Below, piece by piece: positions 10,034-19,298 of a stretch of 64,000 bases of DNA. Origin of the DNA: an uncultured Acidobacteriota bacterium (GTDB lineage Bacteria; Acidobacteriota; Vicinamibacteria; Vicinamibacterales; UBA2999); NCBI GenBank assembly GCA_963815285.1, contig CAWFGB010000008.1, positions 647,161 through 711,160 of the forward strand. Direction: 5' to 3'. A program made the position numbers and the translations under genes. Under the pieces are notes generated by a model. That model did not search any database. It saw only the letters and a program-made list of their open reading frames with translations, and was not told the origin of the DNA. Positions within the stretch are counted from its first letter, which is position 1. Each line of letters opens with the position of its first letter.

Positions 10034-10942
10034 TCAAAGCTCCACTCCCGAGGGAAACAGGCGCTGAAAGTTCCCGCCGATGATTTTGGCCCGCGCGTCG
10101 GGCGGAATGAGCGCATCGCCGAGTGCCTTCTGCTGCGTCTCGTAGACCGCTTTGTGCCACCCACGCGGGAAGAACGACGAATCGGTGCCGAACAGCAGCC
10201 GGTCACTGCCAACCACGTCGAATGCCGTGCGGAACACCTGCTGCAAGGTCAGCCCCGGCATGTAACTGATCCAGCCGTTCGAGCTGGACGTGTCGAACAG
10301 GATGTTGGGGCAGGCGGCGGCCGCCATCAGCGCTTCTCGGAAGAACCCGGCGCCGAAGTGCGGAATGATCACTGGTACAGTCGGATACCTCATCGCGAGT
10401 GCCTGCACGTCGAGCGGATTGCCGAAGCGAATCTCGAACGGGCTGGCCAGCCCGAGCTTCTTTCGCACGCCAACCGACAGCACGCCGCAGTGGACGAACA
10501 CTGCCGGCCTTGCCGGGTGATGAGCTGCCAGGTCGAACACGGCGTTCACGTGCGCGTCGTGCAGCGAATAGCGCTGCATTGCGGGAAACAGGCAGATGCC
10601 GCGCAGGCCGGCGTCGAGAGCCTGTTCCGCGCGGGTGATCGCGTCGGCGGCGCCAGGATTGAGCATGAAGAACCCGACAGCGCGCGAGGGATGGCGTGCC
10701 ACCGCGGCGGCGACGGTCATCTCGTCGCCGGGGAGGCTGGCGATGAGCGCAGCGCGCGCGACCCCGTGTTTGTCGAACTCCGCGATCCAGCGGTCGGCCA
10801 GCGCCTCCACCGATTCGGGATGCTGCCATTCGGCGCGGGCGACCACAGCCTTCGTGCGGCCCTCGGCCGGCAGCCCCATCTGCGCGCCGAGACCGTCGAA
10901 GAAGCCTGGTGAGAAGAAGTGAACGTGCGCGTCACAAATCAT
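10034..10942 (-). CDS. Amidohydrolase family protein (amidohydrolase_2-like)
   Basis: DAHVH metal motif, VHCG, PHFG, DTSS, LLFGTDS. Confidence 0.88.
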   Translation of the reverse strand: MICDAHVHFFSPGFFDGLGAQMGLPAEGRTKAVVARAEWQHPESVEALADRWIAEFDKHGVARAALIASLPGDEMTVAAAVARHPSRAVGFFMLNPGAADAITRAEQALDAGLRGICLFPAMQRYSLHDAHVNAVFDLAAHHPARPAVFVHCGVLSVGVRKKLGLASPFEIRFGNPLDVQALAMRYPTVPVIIPHFGAGFFREALMAAAACPNILFDTSSSNGWISYMPGLTLQQVFRTAFDVVGSDRLLFGTDSSFFPRGWHKAVYETQQKALGDALIPPDARAKIIGGNFQRLFPSGVEL

Positions 10943-10988
10943 GTCAGCGACCTGCCTCCAACCAGGCGACGACTTCCGCCGATGTGAG

Positions 10989-11618
10989 CTAGGGTTTGGG
11001 AACCCGTAACGTTGCGCTGATCATCGCGCTTCCGCTCAATCCAAACATCAATGACAGCGGGTGCAGCGTCGCCGGCCCGAGCCGCCAGTCGCCAAACCAC
11101 AACTCGCCGTCGATGCGCCCGAGCGAGAACGCCACGGCGAGCACGCCGACGAGCGCGACGCTCGTCGGAATCGGCGTGCCTTCAAAGTACTTCACCTTGC
11201 CGGTCTCTTCGTCCGCCAGCGCCGAGGCGGTGACGTTGAACCGCGCGAGCCGGCTCACGCCGCAGACGACGAAGTAGGTCAGGATCATCATGTCCCACCC
11301 ACCTCGCAGGCCCAGCGTGTAGCCGAGCACGGCGGGCGCCACGCCAAACGAGATGACGTCGGCCAGTGAATCGAGGTCCGATCCAAGCACCGATTGGCGC
11401 GACCGGTTGAGGCGCGCGACGTAACCGTCGAGGACGTCGAGCGCCAGCGCCAGCGGCAACAGCAGAAACGCGATCCACAGGAATCCGCGTTCCGCGGCGG
11501 AGATGTACTCGAGACACAGGAAGATCGCAATCGTGCCGCACGCCGCGTTGCCGATGGTCAAGGCATCGGCCGCCGTGTAGGACCGCAGCATCGACAAATG
11601 GCGCCGCGGCATGGTCAT
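10989..11618 (-). CDS. pssA: CDP-alcohol phosphatidyltransferase (PssA-like)
   Basis: DVLDGYVAR...G.DLDSLADVISFGVAPA signature; RLARFN. Confidence 0.8.
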   Translation of the reverse strand: MTMPRRHLSMLRSYTAADALTIGNAACGTIAIFLCLEYISAAERGFLWIAFLLLPLALALDVLDGYVARLNRSRQSVLGSDLDSLADVISFGVAPAVLGYTLGLRGGWDMMILTYFVVCGVSRLARFNVTASALADEETGKVKYFEGTPIPTSVALVGVLAVAFSLGRIDGELWFGDWRLGPATLHPLSLMFGLSGSAMISATLRVPKP

Positions 11619-11674
11619 GCTTCATAGCGTAGGCGAAAAGCCGGAAGGGACTAAACTGGGCCGGAGGAATTCAC

Positions 11675-12046
11675 ATGGCGGTTATTGGCGCTCACATGCT
11701 GTTGTACACCCCTGAACCGGACGCCTTGCGCGCTGTGCTCCGTGACGTCTTTGATCTCAAGCACGTGGACGCCGGCGGAGGCTGGCTTATCTTCCGGCTG
11801 CCCCCGGCCGAACTGGGCGTTCATCCGGCCGAAGCCGGGACCAACGACACCAGTCACGCCGTCAGCTTCATGTGCGACGACATCACGTCCACGGTTGTCG
11901 AACTGCGCGCCAAGGGCATCGAGGTGCTGGGTGAACCGAAAGATGAAGGCTATGGCATCACCGTGATGCTCAACCTGCCTGGCGGCTGTCAGGTGCAGTT
12001 GTACGAGCCGCGTCATCCAGTGGCGATCGAGACGGCAGGTCCCTAG
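11675..12046 (+). CDS. VOC/glyoxalase family protein
   Basis: GAHMLLY, GGWLIFRLPPAELGVHP, FMCDDI, LYEPRHP; GGAGG ribosome-binding site. Confidence 0.85.
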   Translation: MAVIGAHMLLYTPEPDALRAVLRDVFDLKHVDAGGGWLIFRLPPAELGVHPAEAGTNDTSHAVSFMCDDITSTVVELRAKGIEVLGEPKDEGYGITVMLNLPGGCQVQLYEPRHPVAIETAGP

Positions 12047-12051
12047 CGTTG

Positions 12052-12726
12052 ATGAACCTGATTCTGACGAGCGACTTCCCGTCCACGGCCACGGCCGCGA
12101 TAATCGAGCGAATCAAGGCCGCGGCCCCCGAGCCGAGGATCGCGTGGATTCCACCGTTCACCGACAAAGATGGCGTGTACTTCGCCGAGGCGGGGAAGCG
12201 CTTCAGCGACGTGGGCTTCGACCAGCTCGAGTACCTTGATATCGACGAAGACCTCGATCAGGTTCAACTTGCGTACCTTCACGAGTTCGACGTTATCTAT
12301 CTGAGCGGCGGCGACCCGGTCCGTTTTCGCTACAACGCCATCCGCGCCGGCCTGTCCGGCCGCCTGCGGCAGTGCGCAGGGCTCGGACGTGTGATTGTCG
12401 GCGCCAGCGGAGGCGCCCTGCTGCTCACGCCCAATGTCTCGCTGTTTCGGTTGCAGACGGAATCCGTGGAGGAGGTGCTCGCCACGAGGGGGCGATTTGC
12501 CGCCTTGGGCGCCGTCACATTCGAGCTCCTTCCGCACGCCAATCGCCTCGAGGCGGCGTTCACCGACAAGGTCCGGCGCTACACGGAGCAGACGGAAACG
12601 GATGTCGTCGCTGTGGCTGACGGCGGCGCGATCTTCTCCACGTCCGCTGAGGCTTTCGAGCACGTCGGGACAATCACACGGTATCGACGTGGTGAGATAA
12701 TCGTCACCGATTCACGCCCCGAATGA
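12052..12726 (+). CDS. Peptidase S51 family (dipeptidase E-like)
   Basis: VIYLSGGD, VGASGGA nucleophile elbow, LPH. Confidence 0.8.
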   Translation: MNLILTSDFPSTATAAIIERIKAAAPEPRIAWIPPFTDKDGVYFAEAGKRFSDVGFDQLEYLDIDEDLDQVQLAYLHEFDVIYLSGGDPVRFRYNAIRAGLSGRLRQCAGLGRVIVGASGGALLLTPNVSLFRLQTESVEEVLATRGRFAALGAVTFELLPHANRLEAAFTDKVRRYTEQTETDVVAVADGGAIFSTSAEAFEHVGTITRYRRGEIIVTDSRPE

Positions 12727-13673
12727 AGCTGTCCCTGTCCTTCGTCGTCCCGATGTACAACGCCGCGAGCACAATCACGCAGGTCGTGCGTGACATCGAG
12801 GAGCTCGACGTGCCGGGCGGCCACGAGATCGTGCTGGTCGATGACTGCGGCGGTGATAACACGGTCGACGTCTGCCGCCGGCTAATCACGACCGTCCGGA
12901 TCCCCATCACGGTTGTGGCCCACGCCCGTAATTTTGGCGAGCACAACGCAGTGCTCACAGGTTGGCGCCACGCCCGCGGCACCCACATCGTCAATCTGGA
13001 CGACGATGGCCAGAACCCGCCGCGCGAGGCGCTGCGGTTATGGCAGCACGCCGTGACGACGGGCAAGGACGTCGTCTACGGCCATTACCAGATCAAGCGA
13101 CACTCGGCGTTCCGCAATTTCGGCAGCTGGTTCACCAATCGCATGACCGACTGGGCCCTCGACAAGCCCGCGGGGTTCTACCTTTCGAGCTTCCGTTGCG
13201 TCAGCGCGTCCACCGCGCAACAGGTGCTCAACTACTCCGGACCGTACCCGTACATCGACGGCTTGCTGTTGCAGGTCACGCAGAGTATCGATTCGATTGT
13301 GGTGTCTCACGAGGCGAGGCAAGTCGGGGAGAGTGGTTACACGCTGCGGCGGCTGATTCGGTTGTGGCTGAGCGCGTGGCTGAACTTCTCGTTGCTGCCG
13401 CTGCGCGTCGCAACGCTGGCCGGGTTTACGATGGCGAGTATCGGCATGATCGCGTTTGTGGTCGTGCTGTGGTTGTGGTTCGTCGGCCGCGGGCCGCAAT
13501 ACGGATTCGGCTGGTTGATGTCGGCGCTGTTGATTTTCTCCGGGATTCAACTGGTGATGCTCGGCCTCATCGGTGAGTATCTCGGACGAATGTTCCTGAC
13601 CATCAACCAACGCCCCCAGGCAGTCGTGCGCGAGGTCATCAGCAATGTGTCGCAATATCAAAACGCTCGCTAA
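12723..13673 (+). CDS. Glycosyltransferase family 2 (ArnC/GtrB-like polyprenol-phosphate GT)
   Basis: VVPMYN, VDD, RNFGEHNA, LDDDGQNPP, two C-terminal TM helices, GEYLGRMF. Confidence 0.88.
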   Translation: MKLSLSFVVPMYNAASTITQVVRDIEELDVPGGHEIVLVDDCGGDNTVDVCRRLITTVRIPITVVAHARNFGEHNAVLTGWRHARGTHIVNLDDDGQNPPREALRLWQHAVTTGKDVVYGHYQIKRHSAFRNFGSWFTNRMTDWALDKPAGFYLSSFRCVSASTAQQVLNYSGPYPYIDGLLLQVTQSIDSIVVSHEARQVGESGYTLRRLIRLWLSAWLNFSLLPLRVATLAGFTMASIGMIAFVVVLWLWFVGRGPQYGFGWLMSALLIFSGIQLVMLGLIGEYLGRMFLTINQRPQAVVREVISNVSQYQNAR

Positions 13674-13929
13674 TTTCGAACCTCCGGCCACCGACGACGA
13701 GATTCGCGCGTCGGCGCTGCAGTTTGTCCGCAAGCTGAGCGGCATGAACAAACCGTCCAAAGCCAACGAGGCGGTCTTCACCCAGGCGCTCGAGGAAGTC
13801 ACGGACGCGGCCCAGCGCCTGGTCCGGTCATTGAAGGTGTCGTCGCCGCCCCGTAACCGCGAACTCGAGCGCGAAAAAGCGCGTTTGAGGGGGGTAGCGC
13901 GGGTGGGTCGGGTCGGGCAGGTCGGGTAA
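13645..13929 (+). CDS. DUF2277 family protein
   Basis: MCRNIKTLANFEPPATDDEIRASALQFVRKLSG. Confidence 0.85.
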   Translation: MCRNIKTLANFEPPATDDEIRASALQFVRKLSGMNKPSKANEAVFTQALEEVTDAAQRLVRSLKVSSPPRNRELEREKARLRGVARVGRVGQVG

Positions 13930-13976
13930 GAACCAGTCGGCCCGCCTGCTCAACCGCCACCCCGCGCTACCAGCCC
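13890..13976. repeat. REP-like inverted repeat with GGT(C/G)GG sub-repeats
   Basis: ggtagcgcgggtgg ... ccaccccgcgctacc imperfect arms enclosing ggtcgggtcgggcaggtcggg. Confidence 0.55.
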
Positions 13977-14009
13977 CATCTGGGTTAGAGTTCCCCGCGG
14001 GGGATGACG

Positions 14010-14951
14010 ATGAAACGGACGACCGCGCTGCTTTTCTCCACCATGTTGCTCTCTGCTGCGCTCATCGCGCAGGCACAACAGCCACCGCAGGGCCGGGGCG
14101 GGCAGAACCGTCCGCCGCTCACACCGGAGCAGCAGGCGGCGCAGAAGGCGCGTCAGACCGCCTCCGCCCCGGATGCGCCGCGGCCCATCGACATGCTGGA
14201 TACCGTCTGGATCGAAGAGCAGACCTGGATGGAGACGCGCGACACGATCAAGGCGGGCAAGACCACGGCCATCATCGGCAGCGGGGGCCTGGAACAGAAC
14301 GGTCCCTACAACGCCAACGGCAAGCACAACTACGTACTGCGCGCGACATGCGAGGCGACCGCACGCAAGCTGGGGAACGCGCTCTGCGCGCCGGTCGTGA
14401 CGCTCGAGGCTGGCAACACCGAACGCCCGAATCTGACGCCGGGCGCCGTGTTCATCACGGCGGACACCTTCAAGGCGATTCTCACCGACATGTCAAACAG
14501 CCTCAAGAGCATGGGCTTTACCGACATCGTGATGATTGCCGACAGCGGCGGCAACGTGAACGGCATGAAGGAAGTGGTGACCGCGCTCAACGCCAAGTGG
14601 CAGGGCACCAGGGCCCGCGCTTACTACATCGATGAGTACTACGAAGAAGACAAGTGGAGCTACGACTTCCTCAAGTCCATTGGCATCAACCAGGTGCCGG
14701 ATGTGCAGTCGGCGACGCGCTACGACATCCACGATGACTACCACTACGAAGCGCTGGTTGCCCTGATCGATCCGAAGCTGATTCGCGCCGAGCAGCGCAT
14801 CAAGGCCGGCAAGTTCACCATCAACGGCGTCGAGATCGGGTCGGTCGCGAAGATGCTCGAGCATGCGAAGAAGATCCAGGATCACCGAGCGGCGATCACG
14901 GCGAACGCCATTCGCAAGGCCATGGCCGCGCCGCGCGCGACGCAGCAGTAG
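14010..14951 (+). CDS. Exported creatininase-family protein
   Basis: Signal peptide; EEQTWME, GGLEQNGP, ADSGGN. Confidence 0.78.
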   Translation: MKRTTALLFSTMLLSAALIAQAQQPPQGRGGQNRPPLTPEQQAAQKARQTASAPDAPRPIDMLDTVWIEEQTWMETRDTIKAGKTTAIIGSGGLEQNGPYNANGKHNYVLRATCEATARKLGNALCAPVVTLEAGNTERPNLTPGAVFITADTFKAILTDMSNSLKSMGFTDIVMIADSGGNVNGMKEVVTALNAKWQGTRARAYYIDEYYEEDKWSYDFLKSIGINQVPDVQSATRYDIHDDYHYEALVALIDPKLIRAEQRIKAGKFTINGVEIGSVAKMLEHAKKIQDHRAAITANAIRKAMAAPRATQQ

Positions 14952-14979
14952 CCCCCAGCGAGGTGCGATAATCGACCCG

Positions 14980-15288
14980 ATGCTGGAGTTGCTCAAACGG
15001 GGGCCATCGAGCACCTTTACGCCGTTCACCAAGCCGCGCGACGACGAAGACGAACAGTTCAGCCGGATCCGATGCCCGCTCTGTCACTGGCAGCCAACGC
15101 CATCGACGGTGTGGGCGTGTGAGAGTTACGGTACGCCGGAGCCGTATTTCGGTGGCTGCGGCACGTTATGGAACACGTTCGCGACTCGCGGGAAGTGTCC
15201 GGGGTGTTCGCACCAGTGGAAGTGGACGTCCTGTCCTGAATGTCTGCAGTGGTCGCTGCACGAAGACTGGTATGAGGAGGCGTCCTGA
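14980..15288 (+). CDS. Small Cys/Trp-rich putative zinc-binding protein
   Basis: CPLC, C..C, CPGC, CPEC; GATAAT 7 nt before ATG; stop 5 nt before can. Confidence 0.75.
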   Translation: MLELLKRGPSSTFTPFTKPRDDEDEQFSRIRCPLCHWQPTPSTVWACESYGTPEPYFGGCGTLWNTFATRGKCPGCSHQWKWTSCPECLQWSLHEDWYEEAS

Positions 15289-15293
15289 GCCCC

Positions 15294-16001
15294 GTGTCAC
15301 GTGATCTCTCTACGCTGTTTGCCAACAATCGTCGCTGGGCCGCCGAGCGCGTGACCAGCGACCCGCAGTTCTTTCAGCGCCTGCTCGAACAACAACTTCC
15401 AGAGTTTCTGTGGATCGGATGCGCCGACAGCCGCGTCCCCGCCAACGACATCGTCGGGCTGCTGCCGGGGGAGCTATTCGTACACCGTAACGTTGCCAAC
15501 GTGGTCGTCCACACCGACTTGAACTGCCTCTCGGTGCTGCAGTACGCCGTTGACGTGCTGAAAGTCCGGCACGTGATCGTCTGCGGCCACTACGGCTGCG
15601 GCGGCGTGCGCGCCGCCTACGAGCGCGCCACCTTCGGCCTCATCGACAACTGGCTGCGTCACGTCAACGACGTCCGCAGCAAGCACGCGCACCTGCTCCC
15701 GGACGATGCGGGCATGACGGAGAACGTGGATCGGCTCTGCGAGCTGAACGTACTGGAACAGGCCGAGAACGTGTGCGAAACGACCGTGGTGCAGGACGCG
15801 TGGGCGCGGGGCCAGGTTCTGACCGTGCACGCGTTGATTTACCGGCTGACCGACGGCCTGCTGCGTGATCTCGGGCTGACCGTGTCTTCGGCGGGACAGC
15901 TGGCGCAGGCGTATGCGTCAGCGGTGGCGCGGCTGGGCGCCCAATATGCGGCCGGCAGCGGCGACACCGGCTATGCCGGCACACACCACGACGACCGCTA
16001 G
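15294..16001 (+). CDS. can: Beta-class carbonic anhydrase
   Basis: WIGCADSRV, HRNVANVV, CGHYGCGG zinc ligands. Confidence 0.93.
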   Translation: MSRDLSTLFANNRRWAAERVTSDPQFFQRLLEQQLPEFLWIGCADSRVPANDIVGLLPGELFVHRNVANVVVHTDLNCLSVLQYAVDVLKVRHVIVCGHYGCGGVRAAYERATFGLIDNWLRHVNDVRSKHAHLLPDDAGMTENVDRLCELNVLEQAENVCETTVVQDAWARGQVLTVHALIYRLTDGLLRDLGLTVSSAGQLAQAYASAVARLGAQYAAGSGDTGYAGTHHDDR

Positions 16002-16346
16002 CGTCACGATAAAAGCCAACGACGGTTCGGCCGTCGCCTTGAGCGGCACCTGCTGCAACACGAAGCTACGCAGCAGGATCAGCGCCGTGGCCGGCACGGT
16101 GCTGGCCGCGGCCGCGATGAGGGCACCGGCCGCTCGCGCGAGCGAGGCCTTCTCCCAGGACCGGAAAAAGAGCGGCGCCAGCGACCGCGCCACCTGCCAG
16201 CGATACCACCACCGTGCCGTGACGACGCCCCGTCGCGGCACGACGTGCGTGTTGAACTCCTCCCACAAGTCACCCGCGACCGCGTCGCGATCGGACGCGG
16301 CGAGTGTGGCTTCGAGCAGCCAGGCCGCCAGGCGGGGCGGAGTCAT
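15918..16346 (-). CDS. Small membrane protein with permease-prefix N-terminus
   Basis: MTPPRLAAWLL...AGDLWEEF...ARWWYRWQV; ATG overlaps the PadR stop. Confidence 0.7.
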   Translation of the reverse strand: MTPPRLAAWLLEATLAASDRDAVAGDLWEEFNTHVVPRRGVVTARWWYRWQVARSLAPLFFRSWEKASLARAAGALIAAAASTVPATALILLRSFVLQQVPLKATAEPSLAFIVTLAVVVVCAGIAGVAAAGRILGAQPRHR

Positions 16347-16681
16347 CGTCGGACGGGATTCCAGCGCGCGGGCAAACCGTCGAGCATCTGCCGCAACGCC
16401 TGTTGCGACTTCTCGAGCGCCCGTGCCCCGGCGCCGGTGATAGTAAAACATTTCCTGACGCGCCCGCCACGCTCGTCTGACGCTTCCCCGAGCTTGGAGC
16501 GCACCAGGCCCTTGCCTTCCAACCGGTCGAGCGTCGCGTAGACGGCGCCAATAGAAACATCGCGATCAGCCCGGGCCTCGATCTCGCGGCGCACGGCCAT
16601 GCCGTAAGCCTCGTCGTCCAGCCGCAGCAGGGCAATCAGGACCAATTGTTCGAACTCACCGAGGAACTCGCCTTTAGCCAC
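16343..16681 (-). CDS. PadR family transcriptional regulator
   Basis: LGEFEQLVL, AYG, GAVYATLDRLEGKGLV, RGGR...FTITGAG. Confidence 0.92.
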   Translation of the reverse strand: MAKGEFLGEFEQLVLIALLRLDDEAYGMAVRREIEARADRDVSIGAVYATLDRLEGKGLVRSKLGEASDERGGRVRKCFTITGAGARALEKSQQALRQMLDGLPARWNPVRR

Positions 16682-17223
16682 TACTCGGCCTCCGCCAGCT
16701 GCTTCAGCCGCGCGAGATCCTCTTCGAGCTTCTGCTGGGCCGACCGCGAAATGACGGGCTCGAGCAGCTTGGCCAACCAGTGTTCGAACTTGTAGTCTCC
16801 GAGGAACTGAAGCCGCGTGCGATCGGCGCCCATCGGTTCCAAAGCGTAGGAGACCGTGCCCTCGAACCCGCCGGGCGCGTGCACTCGCGTCGCCAACGCG
16901 CGGTCTTTCTCGAAGCGGATGATCTCGGACTGTATCTCCATCCGCTGGTTGTTGTTGTTGCGATCCTCCATCACCCAGAGCTCACGCGACCCGACCGTGT
17001 GATCCCCTGGCGTGAGCGATTGAATCTCGATCAGCCAGCCGACCCACGACTGGACTCGTGCCGGCTCGGTGATCCAGTCGAAGACCACAGCGGCGGGCCT
17101 CGAGATCTCGACGGTCGCCTGAAGACGGCTGTCTCCGCGGCCGCCCCCAAGCATCAGGAGCACGAGGACCGCCAGCATCACGACCGCGACGACGGCGCCG
17201 AACGCATACAGCAGCCATTTCAT
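16681..17223 (-). CDS. SRPBCC (START-like) domain protein with N-terminal anchor
   Basis: TVEISRPAAVVFDWITEP...DLARLKQLAE; GGAGGG ribosome-binding site before ATG 17223. Confidence 0.82.
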   Translation of the reverse strand: MKWLLYAFGAVVAVVMLAVLVLLMLGGGRGDSRLQATVEISRPAAVVFDWITEPARVQSWVGWLIEIQSLTPGDHTVGSRELWVMEDRNNNNQRMEIQSEIIRFEKDRALATRVHAPGGFEGTVSYALEPMGADRTRLQFLGDYKFEHWLAKLLEPVISRSAQQKLEEDLARLKQLAEAE

Positions 17224-17232
17224 GGCCCCTCC

Positions 17233-17272
17233 AAGTTCTACAAAAGAGAGTTTAAGTTCTACATAATAGAAC
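17233..17272. promoter_or_regulatory. Putative PadR operator
   Basis: Palindrome GTTCTA-cataa-TAGAAC at 17256-17272 plus a second AAGTTCTACA at 17233, directly upstream of the SRPBCC-padR operon. Confidence 0.55.
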
Positions 17273-17293
17273 AAGCGCGCCGCCGGTCAAGCA

Positions 17294-17442
17294 CATCCGT
17301 GCGCCTCTTCATCTGGGAAATCTGGGAAATCCGTGTTGACCTTGTGGCGCAGACCACAAAAGGCCAACACTGAATACACGGATCCCCACGGGGATCTTTC
17401 TTGGAGTTTCACAAAGAAGAGATCTGTGTAATCCGCGGGATT
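17294..17442. repeat. 9-bp ATC(C/T)G(T/G)G repeat cluster, same family as 6611-6725
   Basis: atctgggaa atctgggaa atccgtgtt ... cactgaata cacggatcc ... atctgtgta atccgcggg. Confidence 0.65.
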
Positions 17443-17454
17443 TACAATGGCTCC

Positions 17455-18033
17455 GTGCGGTTGTGCGTGTTCTGCGGGTCGAGTGCCGGAAAGAACCCGG
17501 CCTTCACCGACGCCGCGCGCGTGCTCGGAACCGAGCTCGCCCAACGGGGGATCGGAATCGTGTTCGGCGGCGGCAATGTGGGTCTCATGGGCGTCGTTGC
17601 CGACGCCGCGCTCGCCGCCGGCGGTGAGGTGATCGGCGTCATCCCACATGGGCTCGTCTCGCGGGAGCTGGCTCACCAGCGTGTGACTCGCCTGCACGTA
17701 GTCGATTCCATGCACGAGCGCAAAGCCCTGATGGCGGAGCTCTCGGACGGCTTCATCGCACTTCCCGGCGGCTTCGGCACACTCGAAGAGTTCTGCGAAG
17801 TGGTCACCTGGACGCAGCTCGGCCTCCATGCCAAAGCGTGCGGTTTGCTCAACGTCGCCGGGTACTACGACGGTTTGCTAGCGTTTCTGGCGCACGCGCT
17901 CAAAGAAGAGTTCCTCCGGCCGACCCATTTCGAAATCGTCGTTGCCGGATCCGATCCGATCACGCTGATTGATGGCGTACTCACCTGGCAGCCGCCTGTG
18001 GTGGCGAAATGGATCAGCAAGAGCGAATCGTAG
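17455..18033 (+). CDS. LOG family nucleotide phosphoribohydrolase (TIGR00730-like)
   Basis: [30 protein letters not shown]. Confidence 0.92.
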   Translation: MRLCVFCGSSAGKNPAFTDAARVLGTELAQRGIGIVFGGGNVGLMGVVADAALAAGGEVIGVIPHGLVSRELAHQRVTRLHVVDSMHERKALMAELSDGFIALPGGFGTLEEFCEVVTWTQLGLHAKACGLLNVAGYYDGLLAFLAHALKEEFLRPTHFEIVVAGSDPITLIDGVLTWQPPVVAKWISKSES

Positions 18034-18505
18034 CAAGCGAATTGGTCGATCAGCTTCACGCGCTGGGCGTGCGGCTTGGAGCAGTGCTGGTTGCGCACAC
18101 GACGTTCTCCATGGTGGCGCCGGTCGAGGGCGGACCGCATGGGCTGATCGAGGCGCTGCTGGCGGCGCTTGGCCCGTTGGGAACGCTCGTGATGCCGAGC
18201 ATGTCGGACGAGGACGATAAGCCATTTGACGTGACCGGGACGCCGTGCCGCGCGATGGGAGTGGTCGCCGACACCTTTTGGAGAATGCCGGGTGTGCTGC
18301 GCAGCGACAACCCGCACGTGTTCGCCGCGCGCAGCAGTTCGGAAGGGTCGGCCATTCGACGGCTCGGCTCGCCAGTTCGCGCCACATCGTCAGCGCCGCG
18401 CTGATGCATCTGCATCAAAACGAAACTGTATTTCTTCACGCCGCCGGTCAGTGCGAGGAGTGCGACGCCGCCCGAGCCTCTCTCGTCAAGGCACCGTTAC
18501 GATGA
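18009..18505 (+). pseudogene. Aminoglycoside 3-N-acetyltransferase, AAC(3)-IV-like, internally deleted and frameshifted
   Basis: One frame gives [39 protein letters not shown]; another frame gives VGH.TARL...FLH...CEECDAAR; the central part is missing at ~18330. Confidence 0.8.
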
Positions 18506-18595
18506 CCTCATTGGACGAGGGAACTCGTCGCGCAGCGATTCTTGGCCAGGGAGGGGGTCACGAGGAGTCTCGATGCTCCGGTAATGAGCGGACCC

Positions 18596-19285
18596 TTATC
18601 CGGCGAACTTGTACCCGAGCCCGTGGACGGTGAGGATGTAATGCGGCACGCGCGGGTTCGGTTCGAGCTTCTGCCGCAGCCACGCGACGTGGACATCGAC
18701 GGTACGGGTCGACGGGGTTGAATGGTAGCCCCAGACCTCGGTGAGCAACTCCTCACGCGAAAGCGTCGCGCCTCGGTGCTCGATGAAATAACGGAGCAGG
18801 TGAAACTCCTTCGCTGAGAGCTCGACGGGCACGCCGTCTTTCGACACCTCGGCCTTGCGCGCATCCACCAGCACCGTGCCGAACTGGAATCTTTCGAGCG
18901 ACACGCCGGATGACGCCGGCGCGCGGCGAAGCAGCGCCTCGATGCGGGCCAGCAGCTCGACCATCTCGAACGGCTTCGTCAGGTAATCGTCCGCGCCCAG
19001 CTTGAGCCCCACCACGCGATCCACAACCTGGGAGCGCGCCGTCAGCATCAGAATGGGAGTTTGCACGCCCTGCTGGCGCACCGTCCTAGCCACATCGAAG
19101 CCGTCGCGGCCGGGCAGCATCACGTCCAGCAGGATGACGTCGAACGGCTCGCCGGTGGCGCGCCGGACGGCTGTGTTGCCGTCCTCGGCGGTTTCCACGC
19201 GATAGCCCTCGGCCACGAGCCGATCGGTCAACGCCAGCTGGAGTCCGGGCTCGTCCTCAACGAGTAGCACGCGAGCAGTTGGCAT
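18596..19285 (-). CDS. OmpR/PhoB family response regulator
   Basis: LLVEDE, LLDVMLPG (phospho-Asp), GADDYLTKPF, RTVDVHV, GLGYKF. Confidence 0.95.
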   Translation of the reverse strand: MPTARVLLVEDEPGLQLALTDRLVAEGYRVETAEDGNTAVRRATGEPFDVILLDVMLPGRDGFDVARTVRQQGVQTPILMLTARSQVVDRVVGLKLGADDYLTKPFEMVELLARIEALLRRAPASSGVSLERFQFGTVLVDARKAEVSKDGVPVELSAKEFHLLRYFIEHRGATLSREELLTEVWGYHSTPSTRTVDVHVAWLRQKLEPNPRVPHYILTVHGLGYKFAG

Positions 19286-19298
19286 GCCGGTTTATCGG

